DNA of 63,971 nt, filler included, from Octopus bimaculoides (taxonomy: Eukaryota), in assembly GCF_001194135.2 (NCBI RefSeq). It is 9 parts of 8 records of this genome, joined end to end, with 100 filler letters (N's around TTAATTAATTAA, not from the genome) between each part and the next. Parts side by side here need not be neighbours in the genome. Positions count along the whole stretch, not along the records: positions 62,896 to 63,971 come from NC_069008.1; 8 more parts are not named here. One strand, 5' to 3'. Below are positions 63,420-63,971 of this stretch, piece after piece. Positions within the stretch are counted from its first letter, which is position 1. Every line of letters begins with the position of its first letter. A model generated the notes under the pieces. It saw only the letters and a list, made by a program, of their open reading frames with translations. It was not told the origin of the DNA and ran no database searches. Position numbers and translations under genes: made by a program.

Positions 63420-63745
63420 GAACAGGGCACACCAAAGAAGTGACACAAGGGCTGTTTGAAAAGTCCTTTAGTGCCTGTCACATCGACCATCACCGGTGCT
63501 CCAAACAATCCGAAGATCGTGGCGCCTGGCGTCTCACCATCAACCATGCTGTCCTCTCATTCGAAAATACCCGCAGAATCACTCTCAAGGACAAAAGGCA
63601 CAGGAGGAGGAACTGCAACACTACATCATCAAAACTTAAAACCAGACCTTCATATGCAGCCACTGTTCGTGTCTGCATGTCCAACAATGGTTTTGTCCGC
63701 CACGAACGTTCCTGCAGTCGACGTAGACCAGGCTCTTCTTAAGAT
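63420..63745 (+). mobile_element. RTE-clade LINE C-terminal fragment
   Basis: KSFSACHIDHHRCSKQSEDRGAWRLTINHAVLSFENTRRITLKDKRHRRR...MSNNGFVRHERSC resembles RTE ORF C-termini (LA.DR..WR..I...FE..R....KR.RRK...GL.SH.R.C). Confidence 0.75.
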
Positions 63746-63971
63746 TCGTTCTCAAAGGCAAGCTAAGGAAAAAAAAAAAAGAATTTTCCTGGGTGACTTA
63801 GGCAATATGTCTTGCACTATTGTTTCCTTACTTTACGATTGATCTCTGCATTAACTGTTTCGTATTGGTTTAACACTTCATTATAGGTGGCACCCTTTAC
63901 ATTCCATCAAACATTTTTCTGATGTATTCTTGGCATGTGAATGGCTTCTACTTTTTATTGTATGCTAAACA

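Noticed and set aside
1-63971. Most ORFs in the six-frame track (poly-YI, CV, HT, L, E, I peptides and ORFs running through X)
   Set aside because: They are translations of microsatellites or N-gaps, with no splice or homology support.

Overview
Repeat-rich, AT-rich eukaryotic (animal) genomic DNA from a gapped draft assembly. Nothing here is prokaryotic: no operons, CRISPR array or rRNA. The SINE families and the microsatellite load point to an octopus (inference). The only host protein-coding sequence I can support is two consecutive spliced exons (10841-11001 and 13884-13983, + strand) encoding the C-terminal part of an animal haem peroxidase. Its other exons were not found and may lie in N-gaps. 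The rest is mostly transposon-derived: a decayed Tx1/L1-clade LINE with an internal RT duplication, inserted antisense just after the second exon; mariner remnants and MITEs; fragments of Penelope (GIY-YIG), RTE, R4/Dong-like and CRE-like retrotransposons; a gag-like ORF1 with a CCHC knuckle; and many copies of at least four tRNA-derived SINE-like families that swap heads and tails. The observations most worth follow-up are: (i) several minimal hammerhead-ribozyme-like motifs with non-canonical cores, one inside a TIR-bounded element; (ii) a 3' tail shared between the Tx1 LINE and one SINE family; (iii) a hairpin shared by two SINE families that marks insertion and recombination points; (iv) templated insertions; and (v) an apparently CpG-depleted domain at about 38-55 kb. 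Eight 100-bp gaps carry a synthetic TTAATTAATTAA linker, so contiguity across them is unproven. All coordinates and alignments were made by eye, and no database searches were run.
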